Source: an uncultured Cryomorphaceae bacterium (lineage in GTDB: Bacteria > Bacteroidota > Bacteroidia > Flavobacteriales > Schleiferiaceae). Taken from it: a stretch of DNA of 64,000 bases. Under the pieces are notes generated by a model. It ran no database searches. It was not told the origin of the DNA and saw only the letters and a program-made list of their open reading frames with translations. Shown in pieces: positions 8,643 to 16,957 of this stretch. Each line of letters begins with the position of its first letter. Within the stretch, counting starts at the first letter, position 1. The DNA lies in contig CACMMX010000008.1 of the NCBI GenBank assembly GCA_902614915.1, positions 9,155-73,154 of the forward strand, given 5' to 3'. Both the position numbers and the translations under genes were made by a program.

Positions 8643-9602
8643 ATGAAAAGGAAAAAAAACGCTAATAGAAGACAATTTTTAAAGAATACTTCTTTGTCTT
8701 TATTAACCATGACAGTTTTGCCAACCATTATTAAGGGAGATAATTCGCGAGGTTTTTCAAAAAAAGAGAGTTTAAGCTTTAATTGCAATCCGTCTACTGA
8801 GGATGCATATGGACAAGGACCTTTCTACACATCAAACGCACCTAATATTCAGAATAACCTGCTTGCGGATATTAATGAAGTTGGCGAACGAATTATAATT
8901 AGCGGTCAAGTTTATAATCTTGACTGTTCAGAAATTATCCCAAATACAGAAATTGATATTTGGCATGCAAATGATGCAGGAGAATATGATAATTTAGGAT
9001 ATAACTTACGAGGAAAAACAATAACAAATAGTCAGGGTTTTTATTTTTTTGAGTCCATTAAACCAGGATTATATCTCAATGGATCTACATATAGACCATC
9101 ACACATTCATTTTAGAATTACTCCCCCAGGATTTGGCACTTTAATTACTCAACTATACTTCCAAGGAGACCCGTATATCCCCATGGATGCTGCTGCCTCA
9201 ATAAATAGTGGGTCGTACGACGCTACAAATCGTATCATTCCATTAGTTACAAATACTAATGGGGATCTTGAAGGGACATGGGATATTATCATTGATGGCA
9301 ATGGAGTATCGCTTGAAACAAATAATATTCATCTTGATAAAGGAATGATATACAGTATAAGCCCCAATCCATTTACTAATCATATTGAAATAAACTATGG
9401 CGTTTTTACTACATCAAAAGTTGCCATCGCCGTATATAATATTCAAGGTGAAATAGTAGCGAAAATTGATAATGGTTTAATGGAGCCAGAGAAATATTCT
9501 GTTCATTGGAAACCTAATTATAATCTCCCGAAAGGACATTACTTTATAGCGATAATAATAAACGACTTACAGGTGCATTACCTTAAAGTTATTCGCCAAT
9601 AA
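8643..9602 (+). CDS. Intradiol ring-cleavage dioxygenase-like protein with a Tat signal and a T9SS C-terminal sorting domain
   Basis: 319 aa. Has the twin-arginine motif NRRQFLK at residues 8-14, dioxygenase motifs IDIWHANDAGEY and YRPSHIHFRI, and a C-terminal SISPNPFTNHIEINY...GHYFIAI T9SS type-A pattern. Confidence 0.7.
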   Translation: MKRKKNANRRQFLKNTSLSLLTMTVLPTIIKGDNSRGFSKKESLSFNCNPSTEDAYGQGPFYTSNAPNIQNNLLADINEVGERIIISGQVYNLDCSEIIPNTEIDIWHANDAGEYDNLGYNLRGKTITNSQGFYFFESIKPGLYLNGSTYRPSHIHFRITPPGFGTLITQLYFQGDPYIPMDAAASINSGSYDATNRIIPLVTNTNGDLEGTWDIIIDGNGVSLETNNIHLDKGMIYSISPNPFTNHIEINYGVFTTSKVAIAVYNIQGEIVAKIDNGLMEPEKYSVHWKPNYNLPKGHYFIAIIINDLQVHYLKVIRQ

Positions 9603-9628
9603 AAATATGATACGTAAAGAGTTATGCT

Positions 9629-10753
9629 CTATTGCTTAACTACATTACGATATATTGTACCATTATTTGTATGGATTAAAAGAATATAGATACCGGTGGG
9701 CTTGTCAGTCAAGTCGTAGCTTTCATTGGTCGGTCCTTCTTGAATGATTCGTCCCATGTTATCTATAATTTTAAAATAACCATCTACAACCTCGTCAATA
9801 TTAACTTGCCCAGTCGTGGGGTTTGGAAACACCTTGAAATCTTTAGTCTGTGTATTATTTTCATTGATAGAAGTTGTCATACAACCAATTAGACCATTGA
9901 TATCATAACGTGAAACAAATTGCCAAATCTCTTTATCAGCATTAATAGTCATATTTCCAAAACTTCCTGGCCAATCATGTCCTCCTCCTATGACTTTTAA
10001 TTCTTCCACGTAGGCACAACCTGCTGCAGTAGACCAAGTATGCCGTTCAACACTTGGACTTACAGTGCTAACAGCAGCAATCGTATCACAATTGTTGTGT
10101 AATACCCAATATCTATGTGTTGCTGCAGCTGAGATATAATATTCTACACCGAAATATACGATTCCATTGTATGGAGAAGTGAAATCATTCGTACCAAGAA
10201 TTGTTAAAACTCCAGTTTTATGAATCGGAGAGCAAAAACTATTTGGATTGGCTTGCATGGTTCTGGCTACTGGAGCTATGGCTGCTATTCTGTTATTAAG
10301 CTTACATCCAAGTTCAAAGGTCATATCGCCTCCTAAAGAATACCCACAAGCATATATTCTGTTTTGATCTATTTGATAATTACTGGCAATCGTGTCTATC
10401 AATGAACTAAAAAAGGGTACATCATCAAAAGTACCTGGAACTTTAGGAATCCAGTTAAACGAATTTCCGTCACTCGGGTCAGGACGCGCTTGAGGGTAAA
10501 CAAGAATAAAGTCAGCTGTATCAGCAATGGTTCTCATGTCGGAAACCATTTGCCAATAGGTATTTGTACCTCCCCCTCCATGTAAATTAAACAGCAAAGG
10601 GAAATTGGTAGTTCCATCATAGCTTGCTGGAACATAAATGCTGTAATCCCTTGTTAAACCTTGGTGTACAATATTTCGACTAATAAACGTTTGAGAGTAA
10701 CCAAGAGTAACAAAAGCTATTGTAACCAAAATGGAGTGGTATATTTTTTTCAT
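9629..10753 (-). CDS. Secreted esterase, PHB depolymerase/LpqC-like family, with a T9SS sorting domain
   Basis: 374 aa. Has a signal peptide, LHGGGG oxyanion-like motif, nucleophile elbow GYSLGG, and C-terminal VFPNPTTGQVNI...GIYILLI. Confidence 0.65.
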   Translation of the reverse strand: MKKIYHSILVTIAFVTLGYSQTFISRNIVHQGLTRDYSIYVPASYDGTTNFPLLFNLHGGGGTNTYWQMVSDMRTIADTADFILVYPQARPDPSDGNSFNWIPKVPGTFDDVPFFSSLIDTIASNYQIDQNRIYACGYSLGGDMTFELGCKLNNRIAAIAPVARTMQANPNSFCSPIHKTGVLTILGTNDFTSPYNGIVYFGVEYYISAAATHRYWVLHNNCDTIAAVSTVSPSVERHTWSTAAGCAYVEELKVIGGGHDWPGSFGNMTINADKEIWQFVSRYDINGLIGCMTTSINENNTQTKDFKVFPNPTTGQVNIDEVVDGYFKIIDNMGRIIQEGPTNESYDLTDKPTGIYILLIHTNNGTIYRNVVKQ

Positions 10754-10808
10754 GATTGTCGGAAAATAAATTCAAATTATAACTGAAACTAAAATTAAGC
10801 GGTTTTAT

Positions 10809-11303
10809 TTAATTTTTCATGTTCACACCGCTAAAATGATTCTTTAAAATGTACCTAAACTCTCTACGTTTTATGTCCATTGGAATTAGCTCATTTTCCT
10901 CATCGCGAGCAATTAAGGTTTTGCCAAAATGAGCATTCATAGTGTTTTCTAATTCGTCCTTCCATTGAAGTATTTTAATTGAGCGATTATTATCAATGGC
11001 ATAAACTTCCCAGGCTTGCTGGTCTTTGCTAAACAATGAGATCACCCAATGGCGCGCATATCTTTTAATGACAACATCCTTGTTAATTTGCAGCAACAAA
11101 GAATCCTTTCCCTGAGCAGCAACGATTAATCGCTTCTTCTCGATTATAATAGTATTCTTTTCTCCAAATGCAGGGTATTTACCTTGGATGGATTTAGGAA
11201 AAGAAGGAAGAGCTGGCCATTTGATGGGTTGAGGATCTTGATAATAGACTGTTTTACATGAAATAAAACTAACAGCAAAAAGGATAATTATTAAATTTTT
11301 CAT
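10809..11303 (-). CDS. Hypothetical lipoprotein
   Basis: 164 aa with lipobox MKNLIIILFAVSFISC. No motif recognised. Confidence 0.5.
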   Translation of the reverse strand: MKNLIIILFAVSFISCKTVYYQDPQPIKWPALPSFPKSIQGKYPAFGEKNTIIIEKKRLIVAAQGKDSLLLQINKDVVIKRYARHWVISLFSKDQQAWEVYAIDNNRSIKILQWKDELENTMNAHFGKTLIARDEENELIPMDIKRREFRYILKNHFSGVNMKN

Positions 11304-11443
11304 AGTGAGCTATTATTAAAAATAATCCAAAACTAAAGGATTCTTGAGTCACTTAAAATGAAGATATTCATGTTGTTATTCATATCAAAACAAAATTTGC
11401 TATATAAAATAGAAACGTTCGTTTTTATATCTAACTTGAGATC

Positions 11444-11875
11444 ATGAAAAAAATTTTAATTACAGCATTGATAGTATTCGCTAGCACTGAATGCTTTGCT
11501 CAAAAAATAGAAGTTAACAAAGACTCTGGATTAATAACCGTTGATGGTATTTCTTATGCCAAATTAATCAAAGAGAATGCCCCTGGTCAATTAGGATTAA
11601 ATAAAAATTTTACAATTGCAAATTTAGCCGGTGAAGATTTACTATACTTTGTTTTTACTCAAGAGCCAGAAAGAAATAGATATGGTTATGAAACAGGCAA
11701 GACCCTCACTTACTACACGCTAAACTTTATAAATAGTGGAGGAATAGGTAAAAGAAATGGAACAATGCGAGCTAAAGGCGCGGCCAAACTGGTAGTTAAA
11801 AACGAGCTTATTATCGATAATCAAATTAATCCGGCTGCTGAAAAGAAGTTTTTACTCAAATACAGGAATCTATAA
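11444..11875 (+). CDS. Hypothetical secreted protein
   Basis: 143 aa with signal peptide MKKILITALIVFASTECFAQ. No motif recognised. Confidence 0.5.
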   Translation: MKKILITALIVFASTECFAQKIEVNKDSGLITVDGISYAKLIKENAPGQLGLNKNFTIANLAGEDLLYFVFTQEPERNRYGYETGKTLTYYTLNFINSGGIGKRNGTMRAKGAAKLVVKNELIIDNQINPAAEKKFLLKYRNL

Positions 11876-11956
11876 TTGAGATAGTACTTAAAAGCCTCCT
11901 AATTAATCGCGCTTTTGATACTAAATTAATCTTGTTTTTATTGGTAGTATTCCTGC

Positions 11957-12532
11957 GTGCGTTGTGAACCAATGGTTCATTTAAAGCGTTTTTCCTTCAT
12001 GTTTATATTGCTTTCCACTTTGCTTATGGTATCGACAAACTCAGTGCTATTTGATTTTAAGGCCAATGATTCACTTTCAAAATGGATGGTAGTAAACGAC
12101 GGGGTTATGGGTGGACTTTCAAAAGGTGAATTGACAAAAACTCTCGAAGGGTATGGTAAATTCTCTGGAACCGTTTCCTTAGCCAACAATGGAGGTTTTA
12201 CTTCAATTAGATGCAACCTCCAAAAAACAAAGGCTAGCGGGAACTCTAAAATTTCATTTCGTATCAAAGGAGACGGCAAGGATTACCAATTTAGAGTGCG
12301 CCACCATCCCGTAAGTTATGAGAGCTACATTTACAAATTCAGTACAACTGGAAAATGGCAAAGAGTTGAATTCTTAATGAATGAAATGCACCCAGAAAGA
12401 AGAGGTAAAAAGGTAAATTTACCAAACTTTAATAAGTCAGTGATTCATGAGTTTACATTCCTAATCGCAAATAAGCGCCATGAAGATTTTGAATTATTGA
12501 TAGACGAGGTAAACCTCACATACGAAGAATAA
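11957..12532 (+). CDS. CIA30 (complex I intermediate-associated protein 30)-like domain protein, exported
   Basis: Has the VNDGVMGGLS motif typical of CIA30/NADH:ubiquinone oxidoreductase assembly-factor-like domains and a hydrophobic N-terminus. The true start is probably an internal ATG at 11972 or 11999. Confidence 0.55.
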   Translation: MRCEPMVHLKRFSFMFILLSTLLMVSTNSVLFDFKANDSLSKWMVVNDGVMGGLSKGELTKTLEGYGKFSGTVSLANNGGFTSIRCNLQKTKASGNSKISFRIKGDGKDYQFRVRHHPVSYESYIYKFSTTGKWQRVEFLMNEMHPERRGKKVNLPNFNKSVIHEFTFLIANKRHEDFELLIDEVNLTYEE

Positions 12533-12644
12533 ACATTTGAGATTTCCATCAATACAGAATATAACCTGAATCGAATCATAAAATCATACTTTTGAATACC
12601 TAGTTTAGAACTGCTTTTGCAGATCTTTATTTATTTTAGTTAAT

Positions 12645-13670
12645 ATGTATATGTCAACTATGGGAAAATTCAGGTACCTACTTGTCTATACCTTACCGCT
12701 ACTCGCCATAATTAGCTTCAATTCATACGGAATTTGGGCGTATCTACCTGTGCTAGAAGCTTTTGTTTTGATTCCAATAATTGAATTGATTACAAATCCC
12801 AATGCGATGAACTTAACGCAAGAAAATCGTCTTAAAGTTAAGGCCAACGAATTCTATCTGTGGATATTGCGTCTTTCTGTACCCGTTCAATTATTCTGTG
12901 GAATCTATATGCTTTACCACATTGATGCAGCATTGGATATTACCACTAAAATAGGCAGAATTTTATCATATGGAATATTATGCGGAGTTATGGGTATCAA
13001 CATTGCGCATGAACTGGGACACAAACAAAATAGAATAGACCAATTCTTAGCTAAGGTTCTCCTGACTACAACGCTTTATACTCATTTTTATTTGGAACAT
13101 AATTTTGGACATCATAAAAATGTTGGAACACCTGAAGATTCTTCAACTGCACGCAAAGGAGAATGGGTTTACCTCTTCTGGATAAGATCTATAGTTATGA
13201 GCTACGTAAATGCATGGCGTATTGGCATAAAGCGCAGTAAAAAAAATATGCTAAAAAATGAAATGGTGTATTATACATTAATTCAATTAACACTTCTTTT
13301 AGTAATATATATGTCATTTGGAGGTAGCGTACTACTCGGATTTGTTGGAGCAAGCATTACCGGCTGGCTTCTGCTAGAAACGGTTCAATACATAGAACAT
13401 TATGGGCTTGTAAGGAAAAAATCGAGTACCTACAGATACGAAAATATGACACCTCGGCATAGCTGGAATTCTAATCATATATTAGGGCGAGCCATTTTGT
13501 TTGAATTAAGCAGGCACAGTGACCACCATTATTTGCCCAATAAAGAATATTCTCTTTTAGATCACCACGACGAAAGTCCTCAACTTCCTACAGGTTATCC
13601 AGGAATGATGCTGTTGAGTTTGATTCCCCCACTCTACATGCGCATTATACATGCAAGAATCTACAACTAA
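12645..13670 (+). CDS. alkB: Alkane 1-monooxygenase / membrane fatty-acid desaturase family (AlkB-like)
   Basis: 341 aa and multi-TM. Has the histidine boxes HELGHK, EHNFGHH and HSDHH in the AlkB order. Confidence 0.75.
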   Translation: MYMSTMGKFRYLLVYTLPLLAIISFNSYGIWAYLPVLEAFVLIPIIELITNPNAMNLTQENRLKVKANEFYLWILRLSVPVQLFCGIYMLYHIDAALDITTKIGRILSYGILCGVMGINIAHELGHKQNRIDQFLAKVLLTTTLYTHFYLEHNFGHHKNVGTPEDSSTARKGEWVYLFWIRSIVMSYVNAWRIGIKRSKKNMLKNEMVYYTLIQLTLLLVIYMSFGGSVLLGFVGASITGWLLLETVQYIEHYGLVRKKSSTYRYENMTPRHSWNSNHILGRAILFELSRHSDHHYLPNKEYSLLDHHDESPQLPTGYPGMMLLSLIPPLYMRIIHARIYN

Positions 13671-14614
13671 GAGTCTGGGTTTTGTAATACTTTATAACGA
13701 TTGTGAATAGCAAGCATACCTACGCCAAAAGCAACACCTGTAAGAATTAAACCTTGACTTAATAAACCTTCCGCAGTAAAAGATAATTTCAATAAGACCG
13801 TGGAAATAACAAATGAGGAATTCCTAATAATTACTGGAAAATTATCTGTATATAGTAGAGATAAGAGTAAAATGATAACGTCAGATACAATTAAAAAATT
13901 ATAAAATTCCTCAAAAAAGATATCATTTACAGCAATCATATTTGCTTGCTCAATGTGGTTAAATGTAGGCACCAACCAATCAACAAAACTTTGCACACCG
14001 AGAACGACGAAAATCACGAAAAGAATCAACGATAAGTAATGCTTAGACCTAACAAATTGCTTCAATTTTACACCCAACTCTTTCTGCTCTTGAGCCTCAA
14101 AATCAGCGTATTTCAAGGTGCCGCTCAGCTTATAAAACCAAAAGATTAACACGAAGAGAATAAATACACTCAATAAGTCCGCAGAAAAGGCAATGTTATG
14201 TAGACTCCTCCAAAAATTTTGTTGCAAATCAAGTTCGGCCATGTCTTTAAACAATCCTCTGATCAGTATTAACGCTATTACCTCATATTGCTTTGCGATA
14301 TACAAAGTAGTGCTTCTTCTGAGGTAATATATCATCAAATACGCTTCGTAGACAAGTAGTATACTAAATGGAGTGTAAATGGCGCTAATTGGATCTTTCA
14401 AGAGACCTGCCTCCATCCCTCCCGGAATATAAACTCTAAAGAGATGAAGAATCAAGTGTACAATAAAGCTGAAAATAGCTGCATAGAGCATCCATTTACC
14501 CAAAGCCTTACGAAAATTGTATGTAAAAACAGGAATATTCATTTTCAATGTTTTAATAATCAACAAATTACATGCGATTAAGTTCGAAACGCTTCTAAAG
14601 GCATTCTTAATCAT
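13667..14614 (-). CDS. Hypothetical polytopic membrane protein
   Basis: 315-aa ORF with about 7 hydrophobic segments. Its stop overlaps the alkB stop. The start is uncertain; the internal Met MNIPVF at 14542 is possible. Confidence 0.5.
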   Translation of the reverse strand: MIKNAFRSVSNLIACNLLIIKTLKMNIPVFTYNFRKALGKWMLYAAIFSFIVHLILHLFRVYIPGGMEAGLLKDPISAIYTPFSILLVYEAYLMIYYLRRSTTLYIAKQYEVIALILIRGLFKDMAELDLQQNFWRSLHNIAFSADLLSVFILFVLIFWFYKLSGTLKYADFEAQEQKELGVKLKQFVRSKHYLSLILFVIFVVLGVQSFVDWLVPTFNHIEQANMIAVNDIFFEEFYNFLIVSDVIILLLSLLYTDNFPVIIRNSSFVISTVLLKLSFTAEGLLSQGLILTGVAFGVGMLAIHNRYKVLQNPDS

Positions 14615-14639
14615 ATAAAAATTTTAACCCTAGTATAGC

Positions 14640-14647
14640 TACCTTTG
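14640..14647 (+). promoter_or_regulatory. Candidate -7 promoter box for the ABC-F gene
   Basis: TACCTTTG lies 21 nt upstream of the ATG at 14669. The TTG start used by the ORF track lies inside this box. Confidence 0.4.
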
Positions 14648-14668
14648 CGGAGCATAAAAACTGCAATT

Positions 14669-16288
14669 ATGTTAAATGTTTCTAACGTTACTCTACAATT
14701 TGGCAAGCGTGTGTTATTCGAAGATGTCACGATTAAATTCCATGGTGAAAGATGCTACGGATTGATAGGAGCCAACGGAGCTGGTAAGTCTACATTTCTC
14801 AAAATATTAAGTGGAGAAATGAGCCCAGATTCAGGCGGTGTTAATCTTGAGAGCGGTAAACGTATGTCTGTACTCTCACAAAACCACTTTGCCTTTGATG
14901 AAGACAGCGTTTTGAATACTGTGATTCAGGGAAATGAACCTCTATGGAATCTGATTCAAAAAAAAGATGCCATTTACATGAAGACTGATTTCAATGAGGA
15001 AGACGGACTTATTGCCGCAGATCTGGAGGTGCAGTTTGAAGAAATGGATGGTTGGAATGCAGAAAGTGACGCAGGTACCTTACTCAGCGGCTTAGGAATT
15101 ACACCTAATGATCACTATACACTCATGAAAGACATAGAGGGTGCCAAAAAAGTAAGAGTTCTCCTTGCTCAAGCCTTATTTGGAAATCCAGATATTCTCA
15201 TTCTTGATGAGCCTACAAATGATTTAGATCTAAAGACGATTTCTTGGTTAGAGGATTTTTTAATTGACTTCAAAAACACCGTAATTATAGTAAGTCATGA
15301 CCGTCACTTTTTAGATACAGTTTGTACTCATATTGCGGATATTGACTTTAAACGAATTAAACTATATCCAGGTAACTACAGTTTTTGGTATGAAAGCTCC
15401 CAATTGGCCCTTCGACAAAAGCAGGCAGCAAATAAAAAGGCAGAGGATAAGCGTAGAGAATTACAAGAATTTATTTCACGGTTCGCTGCCAATGCCTCCA
15501 AAAGTAAACAGGCTACTTCTAGAAAAAAGATATTGGATAAGATTAATATTGATGAAATTAAAGCGTCATCAAGAATGTATCCTGCAATTCTTTTTGAACA
15601 AGAACGGGATGCGGGCGATCAAATTTTGGAGGTTGATGGATTATCTGCTCATGACGAAAAAGGAAACATTCTGTTTGAAAACCTAAGCTTTAAACTTAGC
15701 CGTGGAGATAAAGTAGCGCTTCTGAGTGATGACCATCGAATGCTCACGGCACTTTATGAAATACTCGCAGGAAATAAACAACCAAGTGCAGGAACCTTTG
15801 CTTATGGACAAACTATAAAAAAGTCCTACCTCCCCAATGAAAATTCCGAATTCTTCGACACCAATGACAACCTAATGGTTTGGCTTAGAGATTTTAGTCC
15901 AGAAAATAAAGACGAAGTATTCGTTAGAGGATTCTTGGGCAAAATGCTCTTCTCGGGTAAAGAGGTATTCAAAAGTGCAAATGTACTATCTGGAGGTGAA
16001 AAAGTGCGTTGTATGCTTAGTAGAATGATGCTCCAACAAGCGAATTTACTTTTCTTTGATGAACCCACTAACCACCTAGACCTTGAGAGTATTCAAGCGC
16101 TTAATAATGGAATGAGAGATTTTAAAGGTACACTGGTATTCAGCTCTCATGATCATACCATTAATCAGACCGTAGCAAATAGAATTATTGAAATCTTCCC
16201 AAACGGCGTCATGGACAAAATGATGGAATACGACGAATACATTACGGACTCAAATATTAATAGTCAACGTGCGAAGCGCTACGCATAG
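14669..16288 (+). CDS. ABC-F family ATPase (two ABC domains, no TM domain)
   Basis: Has two Walker A sites (GANGAGKST and a degenerate second site), two signature motifs (LSGGEKVR) and two Walker B sites (ILILDEPTN, LLFFDEPTN). The start is set at MLNVSNVTLQFG. Confidence 0.85.
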   Translation: MLNVSNVTLQFGKRVLFEDVTIKFHGERCYGLIGANGAGKSTFLKILSGEMSPDSGGVNLESGKRMSVLSQNHFAFDEDSVLNTVIQGNEPLWNLIQKKDAIYMKTDFNEEDGLIAADLEVQFEEMDGWNAESDAGTLLSGLGITPNDHYTLMKDIEGAKKVRVLLAQALFGNPDILILDEPTNDLDLKTISWLEDFLIDFKNTVIIVSHDRHFLDTVCTHIADIDFKRIKLYPGNYSFWYESSQLALRQKQAANKKAEDKRRELQEFISRFAANASKSKQATSRKKILDKINIDEIKASSRMYPAILFEQERDAGDQILEVDGLSAHDEKGNILFENLSFKLSRGDKVALLSDDHRMLTALYEILAGNKQPSAGTFAYGQTIKKSYLPNENSEFFDTNDNLMVWLRDFSPENKDEVFVRGFLGKMLFSGKEVFKSANVLSGGEKVRCMLSRMMLQQANLLFFDEPTNHLDLESIQALNNGMRDFKGTLVFSSHDHTINQTVANRIIEIFPNGVMDKMMEYDEYITDSNINSQRAKRYA

Positions 16289-16377
16289 ATTGGATTTTAC
16301 GAATCGTGATGAAAACAATTTAAAGGAATTAAAACTCCTCAACGATGATTTAAGGACATGCCATCAAAAGTAAACGT

Positions 16378-16412
16378 CAAAAGCCCAGCAAACCAAAGTT
16401 TGCGGGGCTTTT
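16378..16412. terminator. Bidirectional terminator hairpin between the ABC-F gene and tRNA-Arg
   Basis: AAAGCCCAGCAAAC-caaa-GTTTGCGGGGCTTT flanked by A and T runs. Confidence 0.65.
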
Positions 16413-16421
16413 CTCTTGCAG

Positions 16422-16495
16422 TGACCGAGGAAGGATTCGAACCCTCAACCGTCTGATCCGTAGTCAGAAATTCTATCCAGTTGAACTACTCGGCC
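16422..16495 (-). tRNA. tRNA-Arg (anticodon ACG)
   Basis: The reverse complement reads GGCCGAGTAGTTCAACTGGATAGAATTTCTGACTACGGATCAGACGGTTGAGGGTTCGAATCCTTCCTCGGTCA. The anticodon loop is CTACGGA. Confidence 0.9.
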
Positions 16496-16517
16496 AACAT
16501 TACACTTTACAGGTGGG

Positions 16518-16525
16518 CAAATATA
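16518..16525 (-). promoter_or_regulatory. Bacteroidota -7 promoter box for tRNA-Arg
   Basis: The minus strand reads TATATTTG, 22 nt upstream of the tRNA 5' end. Confidence 0.45.
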
Positions 16526-16602
16526 TATTAAATTCCTTGCCTGCCATGAGTCTATTTAGAATTTTTGAGGTTTATTTCTTTAAGATTTATCTCCTTAAAA
16601 AA

Positions 16603-16872
16603 CTACTGAATCTCTACCGTCAATCCTACATCAAGAATTAAATCTGCTTTTTCGCGAAGCTGCTCGTAAGGTCCTGACATAATTTGACACTTACCTTTAT
16701 AATGGGTAATCCAAGCACACTGTTCAGCTTGCTCCTCATTATGATTACAAACGGCGCAAAGAACATCTATAACGAAATCAAAAGAATTTTCATGGTCGTT
16801 AAATAAAACCAAGGATTGTTCTTGAGAAACAACAGCTTCTTGATTATGCTTTAACTTTTCTTCTGTACTCAT
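16603..16872 (-). CDS. clpS: ATP-dependent Clp protease adaptor ClpS
   Basis: 89 aa. LVLFNDHENSFDFVIDVL...HNEEQAEQCAWITHYKGK matches the ClpS core. Confidence 0.85.
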   Translation of the reverse strand: MSTEEKLKHNQEAVVSQEQSLVLFNDHENSFDFVIDVLCAVCNHNEEQAEQCAWITHYKGKCQIMSGPYEQLREKADLILDVGLTVEIQ

Positions 16873-16957
16873 ATATCAAATTTAATGGAAGAAATTGAAG
16901 AAAAACAACTAAATACAACTAGTTTTCAAATAGACCATTGGTCCTGACGAATCTAAC

